Part shown: positions 1 through 13,998 of the stretch, one piece after another
How the letters are laid out: every line of letters begins with the position of its first letter
Numbering within the stretch: the first letter of the stretch is position 1
Source of the DNA: Phoronis australis
Lineage: Eukaryota; Animalia; Phoronida
DNA: 64,000 bases
NCBI GenBank assembly: GCA_002633005.1
Contig: NMRA01000001.1
Coordinates: 682,917 to 746,916 of the forward strand
Direction of reading: 5' to 3'
The notes under the pieces: generated by a model
Told to the model about the DNA's origin: nothing
Seen by the model: the letters and a program-made list of their open reading frames with translations, nothing else
Databases searched by the model: none
Position numbers and translations under genes: made by a program

Positions 1-720
1 AGGAGCGACAGTTGGCGAAATTAACCGAAAAGACTACGATGGGGAGGACGACAATCATGACGTGAAGGCGGCGATTATGAACAACACGATAACATTCATG
101 TGACTAGTGAAGAAATCAGTAAGAAATAGGCTGCTGTCTTGTTCACGCACCCGGTAAACTGACAACAGTGAGATAGTGCTCGGAGGAGCGACACTTGCCG
201 AAATTAACCGAAAAGACGATGATGGAGAGGACGATGACGACGATGATGACGATGAAGGCGGCGATTATGAACAACACGATAACATTCATGTGACTAGCGA
301 AGAAATCAGTAAGAAATAGGCTGCAGTCTTGTCCACGCAACCGGTTTCTCGGACAGCAGACGACAGAGGTTGATAGCAAATGCCAGCCACCGGTTTGCAT
401 CAAAAGTAGGTAAAAACTTGGCTTTTCTCATTCAAAAACACAAGTAAATCAGTTTCCTGGCATTTGTTTTCAACAAATTCCTCGAACAACGAGCCATACA
501 CCCTGTATATGAATTGTAGGCTCTACAAAATGCCCCGTGGCCGCGGCCTGACTGTTCAGTGCCACCTACAATCTTGAGCGACAATAGGCGAAATGAACGA
601 CAATGATGATTGTGATGATGAAGGTGGCGATTATGAGCAACACTATAACACTCATGTGACTAGAGAAGATGTGAAAAATCAGTAAATAGGCTACAGTCTT
701 GAGCGACACTTGGCGAACAG
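1..720. repeat. Degenerate ~180-bp repeat units with GAT/GAC runs
   Basis: GAGCGACA..GCGAAATTAACCG..GATTATGAACAACACGATAACATTCATGTGACTAG recurs near 1, 183 and 575. Confidence 0.8.
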
Positions 721-779
721 CAAAATCGGTCAACAAAGGAACAGCGTTTTCAGAAAATCTTGAATAATTCAAAAAGTAG

Positions 780-1566
780 ACGTCCTAGCGATAAATTGAA
801 AATATTTTCTGAAAGCCCGTTCAAAACTTTATCTAACCAGGTAGCTTTGCAAAATTACGTAAACTTTTAGAAAAAATTGAAATTTTGCGTTTTTTTAAAT
901 TCAAAGTTAAATAACTCAAAAACGGTAAGTCTGAGAAAAACTTTATCACAGAACTTTTGAAAGAGCATACTTCAAGGAATCCACAAGCAAAAATTCACGT
1001 TGTTTGCTCTTCCCGTTCAAAATGCGACTGTAGAACTATTGAAAATGGATGAAAATGCGCCAAAGCCGCCATCTTGAAAGTGACTTCCGGTTAAACAAAA
1101 TTTTATAATAGCCAATCATAAGAAACAAGCACGTGATGAGTTTGAAAATGATTGGTTTGCCAATGCGCCCTCTACAGGAGAAAATGTTTTCGGCCAGATA
1201 TCGAGGTGCACATGCGCCACTGCCGATATTTCCGCCATCTCTTACCAGAAGTTAACGATTTACGGCGCAGTTGTAGCACTTGTGTGCTATAATAATTGTT
1301 ACAAGTTTCAACCCTGTACGTCCAAAAATGCGACCTCCATGAGCATTTGAATCTGAAACCGGAAACAAAACGGCCACCACGTCCGCCATTTTGAATCCGA
1401 TCATGACCAAAAACAATAGGCTTCCAAGACTTCCCAATCTACACGTCGTGTGCGAATTTCGTGGGAATCAGACAAAAAGTGCAACCTGTAGAGTGTGAAC
1501 AAAAAAAAACTTGACATCAGAGCAACATACTTGTCGGAATTCGAAGAATTCTGCAAAGTAATTAAT
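780..1566 (+). mobile_element. Non-autonomous repeat with 3' stem-loop (Helentron/DINE-like); left end approximate
   Basis: Terminal hairpin TACTTGTCGGAATTC-GAA-GAATTCTGCAAAGTA then ATTAA; repeated CCGCCATyTT motifs. Confidence 0.5.
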
Positions 1567-1586
1567 ATTTACAAAACTCCAGTTAC

Positions 1587-1775
1587 CTCCTGCATGGCTG
1601 TTGGTTCATCAGCCCTGGGCTCTCTGACCCCGGGGTCATCCTGTTGGTCGCTAGGTAACAGCTGTTCCAGTCGCTGCTGCAACTCCCTCTGAGCGGACAG
1701 GCACTCCTGCTGAGCCATGGCGGCCGGGGAACACCACATGTAGTGCGAGAGATTCTCGAGCATCTGAGAGACAAC
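1587..1775 (-). CDS. HERC1: HERC1 coding exon 34 (just before the SPRY domain)
   Basis: VVSQMLENLSHYMW...AMQE|gtaact. Confidence 0.88.
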
Positions 1776-4700
1776 CTGAAAAATAGAGTCAATGATTAAT
1801 AATTTAATAGTTGACAAATGCTGTACGTTACCATGGTTTCAAAGTATACATCCACTTTAACTTGCCAAACTTTGATAACTTTGATCTCAGATCTTGATTT
1901 GCGCTTAGACATGTCAAGATTTAGCGTCATTTAAAAACAATAAAAATCAAAGCTCACCAAACAGAAATTAGTGCGTTGAAAAAATAACAATTTTTCAGGT
2001 TAAGGACATTTGGCACAAAACATAACAGCCAAAACAGTCAATTTTCTAAAGCTGACTACATTTCAATTTCACAAATTTAGGATACAATATGGCAGACAAG
2101 CGAAATTTCAATATGTCATTTTCCCAATAATGAAATGTTGCACCCAGTTTACACTTTTCCATGTTCAACCTCTGCACCATAACCAGCAATAGCATTCACA
2201 ACAGTGTTAGAAGCCCTCGACAAATGAAAAAGGATTCTAAAGAAGTATTGTTAAGTTGCATTTGCACAGTACACGCTATGTTGAAAATAAAACAGAAATT
2301 TCTCAATTTACAGTGTTTTGTTGAAATAAAATGACTTAAACAAAAATTCCACTTATTTGCAGAATCATTGCTTTTCAAGTAAACAAGTGCTTCAATAGTG
2401 TCTAGTTCATGGTTTTGTGAGCGATAAAAACAGAAAGTCTCTGTACCAAATGTGCATGATCCGAGTTCACTTTGGTGTCACAAGAGGGAAGCACTGTCTC
2501 CAGGAAATGCAGGGCCAACAGCTGAGTTCGAAGACTACCAATCAAAAGGTCATCTGAAACAAGCAGAGACATAGAATTCACAATAGGAGACAACTGACCT
2601 CAAAATATTTTCACCAAAAGGGGCACTAGGGAAGATAATCAACAGAGTATCGAAGCACCCAGCCATAAAGCCTTGCATCAACTATTACCAAAATATGTCC
2701 ATTTTCACAGCAATCAACAAACAGCAACTAAAGTAGCCAACAGGGGGCACTCATGCAGTCCAATTTGGCCAAAAATTACGGTAAAGTCTCACCAATTTAG
2801 GACAAAATATGGAGGACAAGTGAAATTTTATGTTTTCATTTTTGCACCAAATAAATGCTATACCACTTTAAAGGTCTATGCTATAGCTACCTTCAGGCAA
2901 TGTTTCCAGCAACTGTGGACATTCAAAACAATATTAGAAGTGTTTGAAAAATGAAAAAAGACCAATTTTGGCAATTATTTTTTGTCCGAAATTGGTGAGA
3001 CTTTGCCATAAGTTATGAACGTGCATGCTGATAATATAATATATATTTGTGTCAAGTTCCATCAAAATCTGACAAGATCTCAAAAACAAAAATGACCAAC
3101 AAGGGATGCCTCGATGGTCAAAAGTGCCCATAAATCTATTTGTGCCAATGCATGTCCGCCATAAACCCTAGCATCAAGTTTTATTAACATCTGTAGACAG
3201 ACAATGAAAATCTTGTTGAAAACAAAAATCATCAATAATCAGTGATCCGTCAATTTCTGAGAAGCGACTCGAGATAATTAAGTTTGCTATCACTAAATAA
3301 AGTGATGTCATGCACACTCCCACATATGCGCAATACAATACAATACAATACAATACAATATCATGCACATTACTATACGTCAAGCTAAAATAACTTACAA
3401 TACAACGCAAAAACCAAACTCAAAAGAACGATATCGGATACATGGGTCTAATTAATGTCCGCAGCATTGACCAACTAATTAATTAATTAATAAATAATTC
3501 CTCAGCATTTGCACAACACCAATTGAAAAATGGTCAATTCTTGCTTTTTTCAAAGACTATTACATTGCTATCAATAAGAAAAATTTTCCACCCCATATAA
3601 TTTTACAACAAATGCGTATGCTGTATGAAACTATATATATCGTCCTCACTTAAATGCTTTTTGATGACAGATGGACAGTTTTCAAATAAGCAAGTAAAAT
3701 TTGTTTTCTAACTTACTCTTATTGCCATTGAGTTCTAATTTGAAGAAAGTTTATTATAACTAAAACGTGATACTATCTTTCCTTCATTAGAAAAAAATAC
3801 TATGTTCTAAAATAAGTGAGACTTTGCTGCATTTTCCTCAAAATCAGGAAACTAGAGTATGCTACACAGGTGAAGAACTAGTTGGCGTACAAGCAGTCAT
3901 CGGGCTAGCCACAGACGGCCGTTGTTTGAGCAAGAATCAATAGCAATTATCTGATCAATCGCTGCATTGTAGATGTTAAAATTCTTATTCATTACAAGCT
4001 ATCAACAGCACAGTTGAATTTTCCGGGTAGTTGAGACAATGCCTTTCATGACGGCAGACAAAACAAGCTAGACATATGAGTACAAAACAAAACTACCGTG
4101 GACACTGGATACGACAAACATTTCCTGATACACAGATCTAAATCCAAGACTCGGGTAAGTCAAGAAAATGTTTCAGTTAAATTAAAATTACACATAAGTT
4201 ATCAGTGGCAAGTTTCTGTAATAAGAATATCACCGATTGAATGTTATCCGAATAAACCAGAAAGATGTAGAAATGAACCACATTTTTAGGAATATATTAA
4301 ATACTGCTTATGCATCTAGGATAATTTTTGAAAAATAACCTTCTTTATTCACCTGCGGAAACGGAAATTTTTTTGTCCATTTCTGATATCAGTAATTTGT
4401 GCTGCATACTTCATCATCTCTAAAATTACTTAAGGTTATAGTTTTAAATTACAGAATAATTGCCTAAATCAGAACTTGAAAAAGATCGTTTCCAAACTTG
4501 CGATGTGTCAATGAATATGGATGAAAAAGACGAATATCTAATGCCCAAATATTCACATTAATTCTTTCAAGCAAGCTGTATAAATCAATGGACTTTAAAA
4601 CAATGATAATAGTCACAAAGAAAAGCATCTTTTCCACAAAAAGGGAGTATTAAGGAAATTTTCTTTTACCTTTTCTGAAGAGTTTCTCAGTCGGATGAAT

Positions 4701-7700
4701 ATCGAATTTCAAAACAGAATTTCTGGAGTGTACCTAAACATCTTTCACAGGATTTACAACAACATAACAAAGTGAAGACCCTTTTGAAATTTTATATTTT
4801 CAAAACTTGGTGAGAAGTCAGCCAATCAAACTCAAGTAATGGTCAAGATCACCAGTGTTAGGCTTGATGGCAGACGTGTTTGAAGCAGGCAACCATGCTG
4901 AGCAATTTTAGTGCATAGGGGAGCTGCCAAGTTTGAATGTGTACTATCGGCATGGTAACCATGGAACTGCGACAACATGTCACATAGCTACAAAATTTGA
5001 ACAATTCAAAATTTCTAAACGTGAACATGTGCTTTATAAAAAAATGTTATTACCAGGACAACAATTTTGATAATGCGAAATGATTGTCATATGGCAACTG
5101 AACAGTTAGGCTGCGGCCACAGGGCATTTTCTAGTCCCTAGAATTTATGTAAATGGCGTGTGTCAGATTTCGTGGCTGTTTTGTGGAATGCATTGAAAAT
5201 AATTTCAAGGAAACTGTTTGCTTGGGCTTTTGGTAGAAAAAAAACAATTTTTTTTAGCCATGACCCACTTTTAATGCAAAATGGTGGCTGTCGTTTGCTT
5301 TCCACCCCTGTTGCCTGCTGTCTGAGAAAGTGGGTGCGATTTCAGGTGCCCAAAAAATAGCTCTAGTAAGGTGCACACTATGACTTCATTTTTAAAATCT
5401 AGGGAGTACAAGCATTCTGAATCTGTAGTCCGCTTTTTCTAGCACTTGCATAGAAGTGGTAATTTAGAGGAGAAATCTGTCAAATTTGGTGTTTTTAGGT
5501 AATATTTTTGTGAACCAGGATTTTTTTCCGATGTGAATTAACCGATTAAATATATGTGGCATAATTAAGTTTCAGTTGTCATGAGTAGTGCTTGTGAGTT
5601 GGGAATGCTACCAAACCTATCGTTTTCAGACTCTTGATAAGGACGTGAGGAAAGGCCTCATCTCTACTTCAGTGTGTGTCAGCAGCCAAAAACCTTTAAT
5701 AACTGTAGTGTGCTCCCCATGCACACAACATAAAAGCTGCATATGGCTAATACAATATATTTGCATAAACTAATTACTAAATCCAATCTTATAGCTGGCA
5801 TGGTAATTCTTCGCTAATTAACGACACAATATGGCTGACAAGTGACGTTCCATTTTGTCACATTTCTCCACAAAAGAAGATTCATAACATTATTAGTCTA
5901 TTACCATCGTGGTTTATAGCGTGTGGATGCTCTAAAGCCAATACATACAGTACACGACAAAAGTAATCAGTAAAAATACCGACTGTTTTCTATTACCATC
6001 ATGGTTTATAGCGTGCGGATGCTCTAAAGCCAATACATACAGTACACGACAAAAGTAATCAGAAAAAATACCCACTGTTTTCTATTACCATCGTGGTTTA
6101 TAGCGTGTGGATGCTCTAAAGCCAATACATACAGTACATGACAAAAGTAATCAGTAAAAATACCGACTGTTTTCTATTACCATCGTGGTTTGTAGCGGAG
6201 GGACGCCATCTGGTGGTCTACAATCATGACAACCAATTACGATAACAGCAAAAGTGACCGGTACCGACAAAATTCTAACAACAAAATGGCCGAGCCCGTC
6301 GTTAACTTTCCTGTTACTTCCCCTTCATTCTCGGTCATCAGGGGAGACTACTCTGACAGTCATCAGGGGAGATTACTCTTATGATGAATGCGGCTTCCGC
6401 TCAGCCGTCATGTGACACCGTGGGGCAGAAACCCTGACGTGGCGCCAAAGGAAATGATACCTAATGATGCTGTTTGAATTTCAGACATTTCAACACTTCA
6501 TCACAAAGGGTGACTAGAAAGTGAAAGCCATCGTGACACGAAAAATAACGTTTCCAGACTATTTTAATGGCGCCAGACTCATCGCTGGTCTTACTAATGA
6601 CTCTGGTGGTTCTACCACAGTGTACTAGAGGGGGGATGCCTATAATTCTGCCTCCTGCTTTTTACATAAATGTACATACGGTCAGCGAGGTACAGCAGTG
6701 TGCCCTGAAGGCAGCGGGGCTAAGTGCCAACGAGTTCTATGTCAAAAAGAGTGAAAGTGTGATGATGAAGTGCTACACGGTCCACGACGATGGTGGAGGG
6801 TCGCCATCTGGTGGTCTACTATTCAAGCAGGTAAGATAAGTCTGGGTCTGGTTCGCTCATGCATCGCCGCAGCAATACGCACCTGTTTAAACGATGTAGC
6901 AACTTCAAAAAGATGAAAGACAAAATACAAATTTGGGGACATTCACAGAAAACAGATTTGACAACTCAAATATTTATTTTGTTCAAGTTGACATAAACCC
7001 CAAAATGAAATCCAATGTCGTTAACCACATTACCGAAATCAGAAGACACAGTTTTCTCAGTGAGACGTAGGAACCATACCGGGTCCTATGTGAGACAAAA
7101 TAGCTTGCACCTTTAGTAGTTTTCAGTAAGCCCTCTATAAATACTCCTAAGTTTAAATACAGTCTTTTCAAAGGTCAAAACATTCATAATCTTTTTGCAA
7201 ACATGTTAACAGATTATGATTTTTTACTGCCACGAGCAATTTGTTCCTTACTTTGGGAACAATTGGAAGCTCAGCACACCAGGGAACAAAACTCCTCAAA
7301 CAGGAAGTGTCATTCTGAAAATGATTGGGACCCTCAGTGGGGTGACTGCATGAAGCTAACTCTTTGTTAATTAAACACACCAAAATCATAAATCAGTGGG
7401 ATTAAAAAATAATCCATGTTTTAGTGATCACTAAAACAATCCATGTTTTAGTGATCACTAAAACAATCCATGTTTTAGTGATCACTAAAACAATCCATGT
7501 TTTAGTGATCACTGAAACAAACTGTAAAAAGTTTGGTCTTATGAGTTCTCATCAGGGTCAAGGAGCGAGCTCTTCAGTTGTGGAGTTAGAAAAACAGGAA
7601 GTTGTCAAATAGAAGATTACGGTAGTTTTCAACCAACACTGTAACTGTAACACTGTAACACTCGCCAAATTTTGCACAAATAAAATTAATTCGGAAAAGT

Positions 7701-10700
7701 AATATTTTGTCCGTCATCCCTCTTTCCAATAAGCAGGAGTAATAAAAGTCCTGAAGACACTGAAGGTTACCGAAAAAAGGGCCCCTGTGTCTTTCACTCT
7801 GATGTTTCATCCAATGAGGGCAAACAATGCAGCTGGTGCCCTTCTGATGCACGGAAAATCAGACCACCTCCGCGTATTTAAACCAGGCATGGAGGTTTAA
7901 AAACAAAATTATCGAAAAGCCGAGGAGCCTACGGCTCATTTATTGACTAAGACAAGGTGAAGCTGAAACAGTTTTGTAGATTTCGAGAGCTAAAATTCGT
8001 ACAAGACAGACCTTCACAAAGACAGGGGCGTTGGACAGGATGACCGGATTATATTAAGGTTACAAGTACCCCTATTTCACAAAACTACGACTAAAAACAT
8101 TGGCGCTAATATACTGAAAATCCCAGGCAGGACTTTTGATCATTTTTATATCATGCTTTAATACAGAAAATTGGGTGAATGCTGGTGACAGCCCTTTTCA
8201 CTATCGATATTGCTTTTAAAAAACCGTTTTTGTGAAACATGCATGGTCATGTGACCATGAGCATGGTACGGTGTTGTGAATGATGTAATTAGATATGTCA
8301 CGATTCCTAGTTTCAGAAAATATACACTTGACACTCGCTAGTTACTTATACTTCAAGAAGAAAAACTTTAATTTGGGGTACACGTAACCTTAAGAAGGCG
8401 TAGAGATTAAGCGTACAAACACACAAGTACAGTAAATAATAATTCAAGAATAAGAAAATTTTCAAGTTCATCACAGCCATCAGAACCAAGGAAACCTCAA
8501 GAAAGTGACGTCATGTTTTAAAATGGACTTCACCCTGCTTGCCAGGCCTAAAAACGAAGGTCAAATGTACTCTTTCACCCTCGTCATATTGATCTGACTC
8601 GTAATATTCCTAATCGTCAAAGGATTATATTTCCATTGCCAACTGTTACTTGAATTTATTGGGTTCAACCAACCCGACGATGGTGTAATGGGCTCGGCCT
8701 TCTGGTCTAAACACGTCTGATGTACCACTAAGGCATCACACACCTACACTCTACTCTTTTATTAAACCGAAAGATGGCCCGTGTACTATTATTCATTGCC
8801 TGAAACTTGACACTATAATGCAAATGCAGTCTTACAAGTGAAAACAGCCTAATTCCACTTTATTTTTTTATTGGTCAGTTAAACAAGGCAAAGTGAAGCC
8901 TGAAGTGTGCACAAAGCGAATTCAAAAAGTTTTAGTGACCTAAAGAATGTGTATTTGAGTAAACTCAGCACCAGAATACCGAAAGATTAAAGAACATGTA
9001 ATGGTATTTATTTCATCACATGTCATCAATTCACGGCAAAACACTATGATGTTCACCACTTTCATTTGCTTTACAGACGGAAGGGTGCGCAAAAATAGGC
9101 TCAGAGGTGACTGTTTATGTTAAGGAGGGGTCATCCGCAATACGATCGTGCTCAGAGTTTTTGTAACGAGCAGAGAATCAGGCTGCAACTTAAAAAGGAA
9201 CAAAAACTCGGTGGTCTCTCAAGAATATATTTTGTTTGAATCTCAAGAATCTTTACTGTCGGTCAATTAACGACGGCAACGGCAACAACAAGGATGATGA
9301 CGATCATGACCGCGACAGTTAAACAGTGCCACAATGAAACAAGCAAAATGAGAGGAAAAGGAAACAGGCTTTTAGATCAATACGTCACTCTCACTGTGGG
9401 AAAATGTCATCAATATGGGAATGAAAAACAAGCTACGTGGAAGGACAACATCCTTGGGGGTGAAGTGACGATGACGTGGAATATCCAGATAACCTAGAGA
9501 ATCCAAATTACCTGTAAAACATGGATAGCTAGGAAAAAAGTGGAAAGAACGGATAACTAAAAATATGGATAACCAAGAAATCCGGCGAATCTAGTAAATC
9601 TAGATTACGGAGAAAGTTGAATAACATGGAAAACCTAGAATCTGGCAACTTGCCAAGCACAAAAAGTTATGGAAAATGAAGAAGACAGACATGGAAGTTG
9701 TACCATTTTTCATAATTAAATGAATGGAAAAAAGCTCGGGAAAAGATGAAGATTTAATCCTGAAAAATTCATGGACATTTGAAACATTTTAAGAGTGAGA
9801 ACAAAAATCTGGCTTTGAAGACAGTTCGTCTGCTTCGCTGTGAAATGAGTTCTACAGAATAATCTCCCAATGAGAGTTATTGAATGAACATGGTAATTTT
9901 AGAATCAAACAAAGTCACTGTCACTTTCAAGGACACTTTACAAAGAACAATTATTTGTTTAAAGGCATTTTCATAGTTTAAGAAAATAGACGGTTCAGTT
10001 GCAGGTTTCAAATCGAAATTGAACTGTCCAGTGCTTTCAAGTGTAGTGTACACAGCATGTTTTATGGGCTTCAACTGCGAGATTGAGGTGTATTGACACT
10101 TGTTTGCACACCATGAATGATACGCCTGAGAGACAAATGAAGACCATAAGTGGAGGGGGAGATGTTGATGTGCTGTTTAATGGTCAGCCGTGCACATCAA
10201 TTGAACAAGTTAATAGCCGCCTAAAATCTATAGACTAAAATCTATAGACGGTTAGTAATTAAGTGTAGAATAAAACTGTAAATACAGTGATGGCGGTCCA
10301 CTTATCGTGAGAATGCTTAATCAATAATTAGAATATTCTGCAAGACTGACGTAATATAAAGAGCCAATTTAATATGAAAGGCAATGGTGACTTATTTTTA
10401 ACAGACAAGTGACATCAATCAGGAAAATAGCATTAATGGTTGATTAGTTATAATTTGGTACCAATCCATCCTTCAAACATGTAGGATGGAAATTGGTTCT
10501 CGTGTGCTCTTAGGTAATTTTGAAAGCAGTGCCTCCACCTTTTGAAGAAAAAACAAGGCGCTCGCTGGCACCTCTTTAACTGATTCGAAGTTGTTTTTTT
10601 TCAAAAGCTTCGTGAAGATTGGCAACACAACACCAATCAGTTGTCTTGTGGCCTTAGTTCCAATATCCAGTTTTGGCCAAATTCGGAACATCGTATCTCA

Positions 10701-13700
10701 GAAATGACTGATCAAATTTACACGAATTTCTCAGAAACTACGATTTTAGACACTGTTCTCAAAAATGGAATTGTTTTTAAAATTTTATTACCTTTGCGTG
10801 AGAGCTATCAAAAACAGGATTTACGTGATTTTCATGAAAAAATTTCATGTTGCACAAAACAAAAACGAAACAATAATCTACAAAATTTGTAAATTAAAGA
10901 GCATTTTAAGAGTTAATCTTGAACAATTACATCAAAAAAAATTTATCACGTTATTGATCCTTTTGTTTTGCTATGATTGTACCTTTCTCTTTGATTGCTA
11001 AATTTTCCTACAAAAGCAATGTCACCTAATCTAATTAGTGGCAGGTCGGCAGCTAGTCAAAAAATTAAATTCTATGGATTTTGCACTATCAGAGCTTTGC
11101 CGAGTTCACATAGTTTTGAAGGGATTTGGCTAAACGTACAGACTTGTCAATTGGGTCCAACATAACATTAAGTCTTTAAGCTAATGCTAAAGCCGGCTTG
11201 AGCTTAGTTGTTTACACTGGTGCAGCTCAATTTTAGCATATTCAACTATGAATGAAAAGATCTACATGTCCTTAGCTAGCTTAATGAACAGTAAGAAAAT
11301 AGAATCCATCTATAAATTACATCAAACCTTACTGAAAAACCCTGTATTATCTCAAGCATTCTCAGTAACAAAGCCCCTTTCTTTGATCTAAACAAACACA
11401 GCTAAGTATCAACAACAGGAGACGGCCAATTTACAGCCATTAAAATGTCCCTCCACAATCCACATCATTCTTTGAAAGAGAATCTCATATCCTGCTCAAC
11501 AATAACTACACAGGGAGGCCTTGACTCATCACTTAATGGTTGGGTAGTTCGATTAACAACAACAAAACTTGTTTGTATTGGATTGGATGACATGTGCAGT
11601 TCCACTTACACTAGGCAGCACTACCTTTGATTGCAGTTCCTGCTATTTTCGCACAAATGACAACAGTAACACTGTACGGTTTACATACAACCGTCGTGTA
11701 CACTGCGTATATCACAGAGAGAAGATATCATTATTATTTCAAACATCTTCACTAAGGAGAGTAAAGCTAGTAAACTTAACCTGACTTCTAAGGGACGCAT
11801 AGCACATCAGCAACGGTCTCCTCAATGAAGGAACAATAAAACTGGCACTAGAGGGCATAGGGGTAGTCGGATACGCCTGCGAGTCGTCATCATCTTGCCA
11901 AAAATACGCTTGACAAATTTAACAAAAATCCTGAAGAGGATTTATGAGATACAACCATGGACGCAAAAAAATGCCACTAAGAGACACCACAGTACTTAGA
12001 GTACTGTCCTAAAATCAGTGTTAGCAATCCTCTTCCTATTAGGAACATATAAGGCCTTTTCCTAATCACCCTTAGAGTAGTTTATTTGACAGAGGGGCAG
12101 ATGCCAAACACAGACTAAAAAGGGTAATACTAGCTATTAGATGGCGCCAAATAGCCCAGTGAGCCTCACAACTGAAGCTGCTGTTTTCCCACAAGTGTTT
12201 GGTAGTTAATAATTCATGTAACTAACAAATCCAAGTGCTTCATAAACACAGCTATGAGCTAATAACACAGATTACAGTAAAAACAGAAAACTAAATATTT
12301 AACAACACTTAAAGTGGAACTTGCACGCTAATTCCTCATCTCTGTGATTGCTTGCTCAAATTAGTTAGAATACTAAGAAACACAACACAGAGCAACGACG
12401 TGAATATGAAGTAGCCTGAAAAATTGCCAAATGTTTTTAAGAACGAGTTTTGAATCCAAGATGATCCAGTGTAAATCACACAACCGTGTCCATTAACTAT
12501 CGTGATGTGGTGTCGGGGAATTTCAGTGTATGATGCAGGCTATGTGGGCCCCCAATGTACGTCACTAACCCAAAGGTCACCTATTTTCCCAATTTTTTGT
12601 TTTCACGTTTACAAGCTGTTTAGCGTGGACGATGTTCCATTTAGCATTGTCGTTTAGTTCAGGACTGCTGTACATATTAAGCATTGCTGGGAGCTTACAA
12701 GTACATCTTAAAGTGACAGTAAACACACATTCCGTGGAAGAAAATTAATTTTTATTTAGACTATTTAGCACTATAAAATAGCCTCAGTTTGTTTCTTACT
12801 CTGGTGAGAAGTGATTTTGGCCCAGCAAGCAACTGGTAACATATCATTTCTCAAAACCACCATTGCTGAATTGAATGGCCACCCTTGACCTTGAACTTGT
12901 ATAGTCTGGTATCAAGCAGTAACAATCACTTCTTCATAAGTCCACAAAACACATTATGGAAGGCCAGTCAGGAAAACCATAGGGGATATTTGATTTTCAT
13001 TTTGTATATAATATCAGCTCTCTTATAAGCCTGCATTAACTATCATCAGTAAAGGCTATTGTGATTATGTTTATACTATAAACATTATTCTGATTTCTTC
13101 TCTAGGCTTTGTTATGTAATAATGCACCAGGGATTTATGTAATCGGCTTGTTTATAATAGACCTATTGTCCATAAGCCACTGATAGTCTAAGGGACTGGG
13201 GAAGAGTTGGGGTGGCACCCTGAACTGGCTGGCCCTAATGCATCTGAATAAGTTACAATTTGAGAACAATTTCACAATAGCAAGTGATCTAAATCAACAT
13301 TTTTGAGAGTGGGACGGGTGTATGCCACTTTAAGAATAGCGTGTACAAACAGCTACACAGTAAAAAGGAGAAAAATGTTTATTTCTTACACAACTTCTAA
13401 CTTGCGAAAGAGATTTGAAATTCTCGAGCAACATGCAACCATGCAGCCGATGCACCATTAACAATATGCTTTCAAAACAAAACTGTAATGCATAAAGGAG
13501 ATTCAAAAACAAAAGTTTTTACAAGAGAATAATTCCATTCCTAAACTGGTCACTGTTGTCATAGTAACAAAGAGTGTTTAGAAGTCATCAATGAGGGCCT
13601 CATTGGACAGCACTACCAAAACTGGTTCACTTCATATAAAAGCTCAGACAAAATTTCAAAACCAAATGCTAACACGGCAAGGAATGTTTTGAGATAGCTG

Positions 13701-13964
13701 TTTTGGTTTATTTTAGGATTCACACACTAAAGCTTCGAGTAGGGGAGAAACACCCTTAAATGTACAGTCAGTTAGTTATCAAAAAGAGTAATAATCCTTG
13801 CCAGAATTCGCCTGGCTTCTTCATAATTTATTGCAAAAAGCCAGAATGAAATCAGACAAAACTAACACTGAACGATTTGAAAATTAGCGGGGAAATTTTC
13901 CTTCGTAGATTTTTCTCTTGAAATCTGTTTACGGTACTTTTCTTGTAGGCTATCATTTGACAAC

Positions 13965-13998
<34 letters not shown>

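Noticed and set aside
143-772. Short hydrophobic minus-strand ORFs
   Set aside because: Antisense translation of GAT/GAC-rich repeat units
7737-7900. Candidate second exon (GVIKVLKTLK...) for the 6567 ORF
   Set aside because: Needs a phase 1 join, but the 6830 donor is phase 0, which gives an immediate stop
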